From the human T2T-CHM13v2.0 reference genome, Homo sapiens: a DNA stretch of 64,000 nucleotides. The notes under the pieces are model-generated. The model saw only the letters and a list, made by a program, of their open reading frames with translations, ran no database searches and was not told the DNA's origin. Location: NCBI RefSeq assembly GCF_009914755.1, contig NC_060930.1; one strand, 5' to 3'. Positions 18,731-31,790 of the stretch are shown here, piece by piece. Each line of letters starts with the position of its first letter. Within the stretch, counting starts at the first letter, position 1. Position numbers and translations under genes: made by a program.

Positions 18731-21700
18731 CGAACAATGAGAACACATGGACACAGGGAGGGGAACATCACCCACCAGGGCCTCTTGGGGGATGGGGGGC
18801 TAGGGGAGGGATAGCATTGGGAGAAATACATAATGTAGATGACGGGTTGATGGGCGCAGCAAACCACCATGGTACTTGCATACCTATGTAACAAACCTAC
18901 ACGTTCTACACATGTATCCCAGAACTTAAAGTATAATAAAAAAATACAAAAACCTAAACAACGTCTTGTAATTTTATATTATACATACAAAATGTGTATA
19001 TATATTTTCAATGTGTGTTATTTTAAAAACTGGAGGTTTTAAATTAGAAGGGAGCTCCCAGTTTATCTAATTCAATTTTCCTCTTCAGAGGGTGAACAAC
19101 CAAGGATTAGAATCTTTCATAACTTGCTCAGGGTCATTTGGTAGCACAAACAGAACTAGAATCCAGGTTTCCTGTTCGTCAGCCTGCAGCCCTTTCTTTG
19201 TTTTTGTATTAACTTAAAATATTAATATCATGCATGCAATATAGATTGTACATCTGTACATCTTTATCTTCCACCAATGAGTGCTGGAAGATAAAGGCAG
19301 AAATTTAATTCAGGTAAGTGTAATTTTTTTTCTCTAACAAAATAAAACATTCTTGTGATGCACATAAAGCACCAACAAAATCAGCAAATCATATCAATAA
19401 TTCTAAATTCGAATATGACTTCCATCACTAACTCCGTGCAGTCTTTGATAGTTCAGTTTACCTCAATGACATGTACCCCATATATACAACAGAAAAAATA
19501 ATGTCTTTACTTTCTGAGACAGGAAAAAAAGGCAGGGTTTTTTTTTTTTTTTAACTATTACCAATTGGAAGGGACTTGAAAATTCCATGTTAAGTACATA
19601 TTGTAACGTTTTGATAAGAAGCAAATTATCTCAACTGCTAACAATAATGGTTAAACAAGGCAGAAGGTCTATTAGCATGATATTTTGTTTCTGTCTTTGA
19701 TTTCAACTCTACCCTTCTAGACAGAATTAAATATGTTTTCTCTACTTATATTTTTCTGTCTTGACCAAATTATTGTTAGAAATAAATTCTGTTATAAAAC
19801 TACAATACCTTTCCTGAACTTAATCAGCCAAGATAAACCATTTAAGTAATTTCTTCCTAAATCCCTGTCTTATCTGGATTGACAATTGACGTTGCTCACA
19901 TTAAGTGGGTAATTACTTAATATGCATTATTTTCTGATATTACAGTATGACAAAAAATAAGAGAGCATGAACACTGAGGGTAAATTGTGAACAAAAATGC
20001 ACAGCTATTTAACATTTTTGTGTGTACACATGTTTACTCTTTTGAAGGTTGTGAGGACAAACGTTCATTTCAGGTTAGAGAAATAAAAATGAAGAATGAA
20101 CAAAAGAAATATGTTTTTGTAGCACCATTTCTTAAATGCTTATTAGGATAGTAAAATAGGCATAGCCCCAATCTGTATTTCATTATCAGTATATGCAAGC
20201 CTTAATACTTGATCCTTGTTTATAGGAACTAGCATTTGAATTTATTGATGAAAGTTAGTTTGCTGCATCTCGTTTGCATGGTCTGTTGCATAGAACAAAT
20301 AAAATAAAATGCTTATTCTTCTTGTTATTTATTAAAAGACATACATTTTGATTTTGAAGGCATAGTTTTGAGTTAAAGAAGTATCTTTTAAGTAGGAATA
20401 TTTCTTGCAATTAATAAGTTGGCACTTATTTTATGGTTCTGATTATATTTTTATTTTAACCATTAGAGGGCACATTAGTTCAAGAGAAATTAATGAAAAA
20501 GCACAACAATAAGACGGAAATAGGCTTTGAAGTGGGGGGCAGAAAAACTTTATATATTTAACTATGCTTATTTTCATTCATTTCATTGTCATTTGCAGTA
20601 TAATTTATCCAGAAATTTTTTTCAATCTGAAAAAGAATTCAAGTATATATAGTTTCATATAAGAAATAACTCTTCACTTTTTTCTGCTAGCTACTACTCC
20701 TTGGAGAATGAGGTTGACCTAGTTGCATTTGACAAGGTTGACTGCTATGTGACCAAAGAGGACCTAATAAATCATGGCATTTGAAGAACATCCTGAGTTC
20801 ACAGGTACGTATGATCAAGTTATTATGAAATAAGTATGAAGTAAGCAAATGCCAGTCCCTGGTCTTGTAGTTAATAATAATAATAAAAGGCACCTAAGTG
20901 TGAATGAATGCAGCTCAGCAACTAGGCTTCGCTGCAAATATTTATAACCTTTAAAATTTGGTACAAATTACAGAGAGAACAATAGATGGCCCTGGAGTGA
21001 ACACAAGGCTTTATTTCACTGGAAAGTCTTGACTGAGTTCATAAACTGCCAGAGGACAGGCAGCTCAAGTGGCTTATGAATGACTGTCCAGTCTCAGAAT
21101 GAGCTTATTTGTTTTCAATCTACAGCAAACTGTTATTATTTCTAATCAGTCTTTTGCTCTAAAGGCTGTAGGTTTTTAATCTGTAAAGGCTAAAATAGAC
21201 ACTAGCTAGTATTAAGTAATACTACTTTTATGATGTCAAGTTAAAAGATCACTTTAAATAATTAACTCATTACTTTATTTAGTAAAATTTATTGAGCACC
21301 TACTAAGTTTCAAGTTCTGAGCTGGGTGCTAGGGAATAAAGACAGATAATATATTGTCCCCAGCTCAATAACATAATTTTTTATTGTCCTGTTATTTATA
21401 GAGAAATAAATCAGCAAATAACTGTAGTACCTAACTTTATATATTAGCGCAAAAATAGGAAAGAGATTTATCAAACTTATTACAAAAAATACTTCGCATT
21501 TTTTTAAGGGAGGTGAGTAGTTAGGCAAAATCATTAGTATATACTATCTTCAGTTTAAGACTGCAGAACTGCTCTGTTAATATTTTTCTCTGAGAGTCAA
21601 TTATGCAATAAATTGTAATTAGTAGCATAAAACAAGGTAATAATGTAATTAAAACCAAAATATTTACTTGCTATAGAAGATACTTTTATGCATCTTAATT

Positions 21701-22449
21701 CTGCTCCTTGCAAGCTAATAATACTCTATAGGAATTTCTGTGTGGCTTTTACATCTGGTGGTTTTGGAATTAGCATGTACAAAGAGAGCTCAGAATTATG
21801 CTTTAATTATGATTTGAATGATGATTTGAGACTGAGCATGAGTTGTCAACAGAATTGTGAGCTGAGGGAAAAAGAGATAAGGACCGTTAGTGGGATAAAA
21901 AGTATATTTGCAGTCACTTACTTTAAAGAGTCTTTTGTTTTAAAAGAAGTAATTAATGTTAGGAATTAATTGGTTCAGATCCTTGATTTTAAAGTTATCA
22001 CTTGGTTGCTAAGATGAAGCCTTTTCAAAATTACTACACGATATGCAATGACAGGAACATTTCAGTTGAAGGTAGAAAACGTAATTGAAAAGCTAGCTTC
22101 TGAGTGCCTGCTTATCACCCTAATTGATAGACGAGACCGAGGAACTAAATGCTGTAGTTCAATACAAAATGCATTTAGCTGGATTTCACATTACTATGTG
22201 TGGTTTTTCTAAGAGCTAAACATTATTGCTGATATTCCGATACATTCTTGGGCTTTAGGTGGAACCTGGTCAGTGTGCATTAACTATTATAAAACAATCA
22301 TGAAGTCAAAATTCCATGCAACAAATGGATCCAGGTTTAGTATCTAAAAATCTTTGAAGATTTGGATAACAAAATTATGGCATTCATAAAATTCATAAAA
22401 TGCAGCCATAAAGAATAATGTTTCAAATCTATGTTTGTTGACCTAGAAA

Positions 22450-22660
22450 GCACATTGCAAAAAAGATGATACAGTGAGTCCCACTATTGTAAGAAAAATA
22501 TGACATGTATAAGAATGTGAAAAATCAAACAGGACATACACCAAATATTAACAGTGGTCATCTTAAGCAGTGGGATTAGGGAGGTGTTCATTTTCTTTAG
22601 GCTTATATGTATCTTCCTAATTTTTCTGTAACAAATATACTCAATTATATAATAAAAAGG
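22450..22660 (+). mobile_element. Old L1M (L1ME-like) 3' fragment
   Basis: acaccaaatattaacagtggtcatct..gtgggattagg phrase typical of L1ME 3' ends. Confidence 0.45.
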
Positions 22661-23301
22661 ATGTATTAGTATCCAGTCTGCCCAACATGTAGCAGGAAAT
22701 TTTTCATATGACTTTAGAATATTTAGTGATATTGCTGATATTTAGTTAGTCCTAACATATATTTAAAACTCCTATTTGTTTATGTGTTCTCTGATTTTGT
22801 ATTTATATATTTTCTTGTAACATTAAAAATTTGGCAAAATAAAACACAGATAATACCTACTTTGTCTTAAACAAATGAGAGGATACAATGAATTCGGAAA
22901 CAGTAAAAAAAAAAAAAAAAAGGACAATTGAAAAATAAAGTTGAATTTTAGCTTTGCAAATATAGAAGTGAAAATTTAAGATAATATGTATAGGATGTGA
23001 CCTGGGCATAGAAGAAGGCTGAGATGAAAGAAGTCCACATTAGACCACCTTTTGAATCTGTACATGGGCAGGAGGAAGATAGAACTATTGGGAGTGACCT
23101 TCACAATAGTCAGGACAGGAGTTGTGACAATCCTTTGAGAAAGATGGTGAGTCAGCTAACACCCTGGTAGTCTATTTCTACACGGTGTATCCCTTTTAGT
23201 GAGGAGAAATCTTGGCCCAACTGATCTGCTCAAGGAGAGTTTATTTTCTTATTTCTATTTAAAAGAATAGTTTTTGGCAGATGGATTCTCAGGGCATTTT
23301 G

Positions 23302-23376
23302 TATGTTTGGTTCAACTGTTCACACTGATGTGATGCCTGAGACGTCACATCAGTGTGAACAGTTGAACCAAACATA
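23302..23376. repeat. Perfect inverted repeat, 32-bp arms, 11-nt spacer
   Basis: tatgtttggttcaactgttcacactgatgtga (23302-23333) is the exact reverse complement of 23345-23376. Confidence 0.95.
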
Positions 23377-24674
23377 TAAAAATCAAATGAGATGGGTGAA
23401 TCTGGATGAAGTTCAGCAGGATTTTCCATTGATAGGGGGAGCAAAAATGACTCCTAAACTACTTACTTGAAAAAAGCCATACACACATATAGATAAACAT
23501 CGAATAGCTCTTTGGGTCATCTCTATTCTGGGTCAGATGGGATTAAGCTATAAGAGAAGAAGATTGCCTTGCTAGTTAGTATTCATAGTTAAGCATGAGG
23601 TAAACGTTTATTACATTGTTGAAAGTAAATGTTATAAAATGAGGGCTTAAGGGAGGAAGTTATGTTTCTGGGGACACAGTATTAAGCTTCTTTCCCCCTT
23701 TTCTGATTAAACAAGAAACTCTAGTGGGTGTTTTATTTTTTTCTGCTTTATAGGTTTTCTTTATTCTGACATATGGAAAACAGCTTTTAACTACTAGTGA
23801 ATAATCGATTTTTCATTACAATTTTATTAACAGTAAGTAATTAATCAGTTTCACAATTTTATTTAGAATGTTGGTTTAAATATCTGGCTGTAATTTTTTT
23901 CAGTCCAGATGAAAATCTGTAAACCAACCATGTTTCAAATTGGCCCCTTAACCAATGAACTGATTTTCTTAAGAGAGAAAGCTTAGAAATTTTCTAATTA
24001 GTGCTAAGACCTGATTTTCTATGGCTCACTGCTTCATGTATTCTACTTCTTCAAATTATGCTGTAGGAAATGTCTTTAGAGCTTGGTGTTTTCTATTGAT
24101 CTTTACAATTGTTCTCACTAATTTAGAAGCTAACTGTGCAGTGATTTTTCAAGAATGCACTGGAGCCTTGAGTCAGCACATACTCCTGTCCACCAAGCTA
24201 GGGGGCAAAGATTCTTGTGGCCCCTCATCCTAAGGCTCCATGCATGAGAGTAGCATGCATGAACTCCAACTGCCAGTTCATTTCCTCCATGGAACTCTCC
24301 TATTAGCCTGCAGTTCGTGCCTTAAATGCCTCTTCCTCTTAAAGAGCTGAGAGGGGATTTTTGTAGCATGAGCTTACCTGAGAAACTAAAGATCATTAAT
24401 TAGAAAGGTGCTTCTGGGCAACAGGAAAATTTTCACTGGAAAGGTTTCAAATCTAAGAAAGTAATTAATTTCTCTGCGGAAGAGGATCATGATTTTCTCT
24501 TCTGGTGCCCTTCACTATTGCAACTGAATGGTTTATGCCACAACAGAGGGAATTTGACTCCTCTCTCATTAACCCTCATAGTTTGGCTCCCTGTGTTCCA
24601 TCTCCTTTTCTCTTCCATTTTGGCCTTCTAGGGGATTGGGAGACAATATTTTATTTTTTGTGAGGAAAAGTTAA

Positions 24675-25022
<348 letters not shown>

Positions 25023-25049
25023 AAGCATATTCTTATATGTTTCCTGCTT

Positions 25050-26250
25050 TCCCTCCTTTTTATACAAAGGTAGCATACTATATATACATTTTTTGTACTG
25101 ACATAAAAATTACTCCGTATCAGTTCATACGTATTCTCTTCATTCTTTTCACTGTTATATCATATTTCACGGTGTGTTTGTGCCATAGTTAATTCATTCA
25201 ATCTCTTACATTAGGGCTTTTAGGTACTTTCCAATATTTTTTAGTTGCAAATAATGTGGCAATAAATAACCTCATATTGTTAGAGGTGCAACTTCCGGGT
25301 AAAATCCTAGAAATGGGATTGTTGGATTAAAAGGCAAATATGTATGCAGTTTTGTTAGATATTGTCAAAGCCCTCTCTATAAGGGTTATATCATTTTGCA
25401 TTCCTGTTGGTGTTGTATGAGAGTGATTTTCTTCCCAAACCTCATCAACAGAGTATATTGTCAAGCTTCTAAATTTTTGCCAATTGGAAGGGTGAAACAT
25501 GGTATCTCAGTATAATTTTAATTTTTATCATCTACTATGAGTAAAGTTGAACATTTTTTTCATATGGTTAGAGTCATTGTTAAGTCTTTCTTTTTTGGTG
25601 AGTTGACTGTTCATGACTTTTGTTCACCTTTCTATAGGATTTTTGTTCATTATTTCTTTTTATATCAGAAATACTAATTCTTTCTCTGCACTATATCTCA
25701 CAGATTTTTCTCCCAATTTGGCATTTGTCTTTTGATTTTGCTTGTGGTGTTTTATGTCAAGAAAATATCTTTATTTTTATGTAGTTAAATATATCAATTT
25801 TTTTGAATTGTGTCCAGATTTTGAGTCATGGTTATTAAGTCTTTCCCTACAGCCAGGTTATAGAAGTTAATGTGTTTTCTTCTAGTATTTATGTTGTTTC
25901 ATTTTGTTTTGTTGTATGTGTCAAGAGTGAATTAAATTTTATCTTTTATCAATGGCTATTAATTGTTCCAAAGCAATTTATTAAAACATTCAATTTATCT
26001 TTATCCCAGTAATTTGAGAAACCACCATTATAAAATATTTTATCAAATACTTTATCACATTTCTTTAAAAAAAAGTTCATATATAATTGAGTTTGTTCCT
26101 TGACTTTTTATTCTAGTCCGTTGGTCTGCCTGTCTATTCAGTCACCAGTACTACACTGTTCCATAGTACATTATAACATCTAGTAGGGCTCGTACCCTCT
26201 TATAGCTTTTTTCTTTCAATACTTTCCAAGTGTTCTTGCATGTTTACTTT
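25050..26250 (-). mobile_element. Old L1M fragment (reverse)
   Basis: Reverse L1 3'/ORF2 phrases (cctagaaatgggattgttgg, cattttgcattcc, tggtatctcag, aagttgaacattttttcatatg). Confidence 0.7.
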
Positions 26251-26349
26251 TTCTCTATTTATAAAGCCCAGTCATTTTAGAAGGACTATTTTATTCAGTT
26301 TTTCCATGTATACAGTTGGATATTCTTTTTCGGGGGCATTGGAGGGGCT

Positions 26350-26632
26350 TGAGATAGGGTCTTGTTCTGTTGCCTAGGGTAGAGTGCTGTGGCATGACCA
26401 TAAATCACTGCAGCCTCAAACTCCTGGGTTCAAGGGATCCTCGTGGTTCAGCCTCCCAAGTAGCTGGGACTACAGGCATGCACAACCACACCCAGCTAAT
26501 ATTTAAAAATTTTTTTAGAGATAGAGTTGCCTTGCTATGTTGCCCAGGTCTCAAACCGCTAGCCTCAAGTGACCCTTTGTCCTCGGCCTCCTGAAGTGTT
26601 GGGTTTACAAGTAGGGGTCACTATTCCTAACT
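26350..26632 (-). mobile_element. AluJ
   Basis: Diverged Alu with J-type features (cactgcagcctcaaactcctggg, caagggatcctc). Confidence 0.88.
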
Positions 26633-29329
26633 GTGACATTTAAGTTATCTCTTATTTCTAGAAAGTTTTTCTTGATTATATTTACAAATTTTGGTTCTGT
26701 TTTATTGTTTTATGTTTATTCTTCAGGCACTCCTATTACATGTATGTTGGACCCCCTTCCTCTCTATTTTCTCTTTTAAGCATTTTTCTCTTTTACTCCT
26801 TTTAAAAAAAATCTTATTTTCATTCTCTTGGTTGTCATTCTTCCTTTTTGACATCTCTAATTAAATATTTATGTAAATGTATTCTCTTTTGGGCATCATG
26901 TAATTTATTCTTCTTTTCTGAGATGGTTTGCCTTTTACTTCAACTTCTTTCGGTGTTTAATCACTGTTTAATCACCTCCTATGCATATTTTCCCTGCAAG
27001 TTTCATTTTATTAAAAAAGGCTTCTAGATTTTGAATTTTTACATTTAGTTTCTAAAAAAAATTCAAAATGCTCATTTAATGCTATTTAATTCAGCTGGGA
27101 GTATTGTATTATACTCTTCTATCTCATGGCTTTTCTTTTTGAGAGGAGGGGAAGAATTTTCATCAGCTGAAATGCATTATCTCTTTTCCTTGTACAGTAG
27201 CTTTGTGTGGAGTTAGCCTTAACTTTTCTATTCTGAGGCATATTTTGGATAGGGTTCCAAATTCAAAAGTGCCTTTCCTGAGGTATAGTAATGTGCAATC
27301 TCTTTAATCAATGATGTTGGTAGTGGAGGTATTGGTGTTTACTTTTTCTCTTTTTTTCTGCAGAGTTTTTAATATCTTCTTCTTCCTTATTTATTTTTCT
27401 TCAAGAAATAAGGGGCCATGCTTCTCAGAGGCACCATCTTTTCTCTATTTATGTGATTCTCCCATAGAAGTGTGCTTCTTGGATATTTTCATGCTCTATC
27501 CTACTTACCTCTAAGCCCCTTCCCTGCAGCTGGTGCTATGAATTACCAAGTCTTGTTTTTCAGTATTTTATGACTTGGTCTTGGACTTTCTCTTTCTAAT
27601 TTTGTCTGTGCTTAGCTTCAGTCCTCTGTTCTCCCCTCCTCTTTTTCACTGAGTCTCTTATGCTTCCCCTTGTTCACTCTTCAAATTCATAAGCTTGCAA
27701 TGGTTGGGGAGCTTTGTTGAAATGTGGTGTTTATTTCTTTACTTATGGTAATTTTAAGTTCATGGCATTCTGTGTCTCTGAGCAATGTAGATGGGCCGTG
27801 TGCAGTTTTGTTTATATTCCTTGTTAATTTTACTTATTTTGTTTAAAAGAGCATTTGTGGAGAGATTTGGATTCAGGCGAATGTCATTATTTCCAGACCT
27901 GGAAATCTTCATCTGAAAAGATACTTTTAAATTAACTATTTCAAAGAGTGAATATGTCAAGCAGTTCGATATGTTATGCTCCTTGTCCCTTTCCAGGGAA
28001 AAGGTTTTCTTATTAATTATGGGAAAACTAAAATCCCACTAAGATTCTCCCACTAAAAGCTTGAGCTTTATTTAGTAGAAGCAGTATAGAGGATGTGGAA
28101 AGTTCTGGAACTGGACATTATTTCTTCTTCTCTTGGATCTCTTTGAAAACTTTCTTCTGAAAGTGCTCTCTTTTCTTTATCATGCTCAGCAGATGAGGTT
28201 TGGGGGTGACTTGTACCAACGCTGGTACTCCAGGATGGCCAATTAGGAAAGAAAACCCAGGCTAGGTGTTTTATGTCAATTCTAGTTTAGTGTCAGAGAA
28301 AATCAAAATTTATGCATTTTGCTTTCTTCTCTTTCTATAGAAATGGTAAGATCTATGGTGTCAATCTCAGGGTGTGGGCTTAAGAGAAAGCAAGTGTGAA
28401 CCTGAATCCATGGACTTTAGTTGGATGGAAAGATAAGTTTTTGAGGCTCATATGTGGTCCATCACAACTCTATAGAGAAAAGTATTGAGAAAAAATTGAC
28501 ACCATTTTCTTGCCCCCACCCCATGTAGACACTTGCCTCCCATCTCCACTCAACTTTTATACTATTTTCTCTATTCTTATAAGATAATGATTGTTTCATC
28601 CTGTTGAATACCAATTGTTTCCATCTGGGCCCTGATATAGCTGCTGCTGCATCCGCCAGTTTCTTCCATTCTGTCTCCTGAATCTTCAACATTCATTCTA
28701 TATCAATCACTTGCCCTTTAATGGTTTCTTCTTGCCCTACAAACCTGCTTAAATTTTTATCATCCTTAAAAATCTTTAAAATAAATTCTTCCCTTATGTT
28801 ACCCTATAGCTACCATCTAATCTATCTCTTCCCCTTCTTATTTAAAATTCTCACAAGTGTGGTCCATATTTGCTGCATTTAATTCCTCTTCTCCCATTTA
28901 TTTCTCTCCTCTACGTTCTTCTACCTGTGTCCTAGGATTCATCAAAATGCCTCCCTTTAATGTCACCCATAACTTCCAAGTTCCAATTCTAACAACAGTG
29001 TTCAATTCTATCACTAGAATTCTGTGGTCTCTGGCTTCTATGATATTGCACAAACCAGTCCTTACAGTTTTTTGACTGGGCCTTCCTGGTTTTTCTCTGT
29101 GAACTTTCTTTAGGGGAGTGACCAGAGGGACATTCTATATGATCACTGCATTCTTAATAACCCACACTAATCTTTTGCCTCACTCAGTGCCTGAAAGGGA
29201 GCAGAAGCTCAACATTATTAAAAACACTGCATACGTAAAATAAAATCTATCTTCAAGCTGTGACCTTCAATGTTTGACCATTACTGTAATTAGGCCTAGC
29301 TAGGGCTATGGGCCTCAATTACTCTCTAG

Positions 29330-29562
29330 TCTCATAGTTCACTCAGCAGTCATTTAAAATGAGGAGATTTCACAGACAAATCTAGATTTTAAACTCTCTT
29401 GCTTAATACGAAGCTCCAGCAATATTGGGCTGGCATTTCTTCAAAGCAGCTTGTCACAAAATTGAGTAACTACTACTCTCTTATTGATAGGCATGTGCTC
29501 TCAAGCTTAATTTGATTCATTAATTTACCTTTCCTGCCTGGAGCATTATAATTTGGCGCCCT
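29330..29562. mobile_element. hAT-Charlie MITE, MER102-like
   Basis: aaaatgaggagatttcacagacaaatctagattt..cagcaatattgggc..cctgcctgg resembles the recalled MER102 consensus. Confidence 0.5.
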
Positions 29563-30479
29563 TATTTAAATCTGTTATCTATACCCAAACTTCACTCTAT
29601 TATCCTTGATATCTCAAGGAAGTAATGATGACTCTGGGTAGGTGTCTGATTAGAAATAAATGGACTTGGTGTACTGAACACATTTACTCCTAATAGTTAG
29701 AGCTTCCATATATGTTGATTGGTTGACTTAGCATGCATGTGACTTATAAAGGACATTAGGAAATTTTAGTCCAGAAAAGGAACTAGAAAGTCAAGTCCCA
29801 GTGATCTGTGTTTTAAAGACAGGACCATTACAAGCATACAATAACACTATGTTAGTCAGTGCAGGTATATCATATTAAAAACAAACAAACAAAGCACAAA
29901 ACATAAAAATTTGAACGTATGAAGCAAAGACATTATAGCTTGATAATTTTTGTTACACATGTTTCAGTTCTTTTTGTAAAAGGAACTAGTGCTATGAACT
30001 TTTGAGTAGTAATTACCAAGCCCATCTAAGGTATAATTTTACTTACAAATAACTGTTGGAATTTTTTAATTGAATTCAATACTAACACCCATTATTTTAA
30101 ATACTAAGCATTTAAATGAAACATATAAGTATTTCAGAAAAATCTATTGAATTATTTTGTTTTAATACAGCAACTATGCTTATTCCATCTTCTGCTTTTT
30201 AATTTGGGCTCATATATCTTTATATAGTTGTGATCAATGAGTTCTATAACATTGCTTTCTACTTTTTCATTTAGCATTGTTTTATATAAGCATTTATCTG
30301 CCTATATTTCATTTAAACTACTTATTGGCATCATAATATTCTCTCAAAACAATATGTTGCTGTGCCTTATTTTGGAGGCTTATATTGTCTTCAGTTTTTC
30401 AATGGTGTAGTAATAGTAATACAAATGTCTTTTGATAATTAAAAGAAGTTTCCTTGATTTTCTCCCATTCCTTCTTAAA

Positions 30480-30737
30480 AATTTTTTTTCTTCTGCAATC
30501 ATAGCCACTGTAACCCTGAATACTTGGGCTCAAGGGATCCTTCTGCCTCAGCCTTCTAAGTAGCTGGGACTACAGGCATGTGCCATTATGCTAGGCTAAT
30601 TCTTTTATTTTAATTTTTGTAGAGATGGGGGTCTCGATATGTTGCTCGGGGTTTTCTTCATATCTGGCCTCAAGCTATCTTCTTGCCTTGGCCTCCCAAA
30701 GTGCTAGGATTATAGGCAGGAACCACCACACCCAGCC
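30480..30737 (-). mobile_element. AluJ (partial)
   Basis: gggctcaagggatcc..agctgggactacaggc..cctcccaaagtgctaggattatagg. Confidence 0.85.
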
Positions 30738-30899
30738 AAATTTTGTCATTTATTGTCTTTTTTTATGGCTTCTTTAGCTGACCTTGGACCTTAACTGTCA
30801 TCCAGGTCTCTGAATCAACCCACTTGGAAATGTTACATTTCTGGTCTCATTCAAGTGTTGCTTTTATTCAGAGAATTCTCACAATGCATAAATGCAGGC

Positions 30900-31790
30900 C
30901 CTTATGAAGTACATACTGTGGATCAGGATCTCTTTCAGGAGATACAGTGGTAAACTGAGTAAGGTTTCTGTCTTCACAGGCTATCCAGTCTAGAAGAGGC
31001 ATTCAAGACATTATAGACATTCAAGTACTCTTGCAATACAATGATATGGGTTTTGTACAAAGAAGACACAAAGAAGAGGTTGGTTAATTCTACTGAGTGA
31101 GGGATGATCAGGAAAGGTTAAGTAGAGATGGTCATATTTGGTTTCAGTATTGAAATATAGACAGTTGTTCACTAGCTAGAAGGAATGTAGCGTATAATAG
31201 GGGAGATGTGGAGAGAAGGGATTTCAAGTAGAGAGAGTTACCCAATCAAAGATACTGAGATGCAAACAAGATAGACTATTCAGACAATTCCATATATTCT
31301 TCTTGGCTGGAACTCTTGAGAAGGAAATAAGGGTACGATTATAGGGGAGAGGGGCTTAAGCTCTATATAAACTATGAAAATAGTAATTAAAGAATTACAA
31401 GTACAGGTATAACATGATAATGTGATTTGCATTTCAGAAGATCATTATAATAGTTATATGGAAGAAAGCTAAAACGGGATCCAGGCCAGAGACAGTGGAG
31501 CCAGATAAGAGACTATTGTCATAAATATTAAGGAGGAAAAATCAACTAGGATTTGGTCACTGATTGGCTGCAGTCAATGAAGTAAAAGAAAGAGGTAAAG
31601 ATGAGTTCCAGGTTTCTGACTTCAGTGATAACAAATATTTGTCCAGTGAAAATGAAAGGCATGGATCATGATTCTAACCAAGATAGAAAATAAAGATATT
31701 GAATTTAGTTTTGGCCAGTCTAAATTGGAGGTCCAGTGTCAGATGAGTGGTTTGATATATGCTGATACTGGAATTCTGGAGAGAGTCCTG
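30900..31790 (-). mobile_element. L2 LINE fragment
   Basis: Purine-rich reverse L2 phrases (gagatacagtggtaaa, tgatttgcatttcagaagatca, gatgagttccaggtttctg, gaatttagttttgg). Confidence 0.55.
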
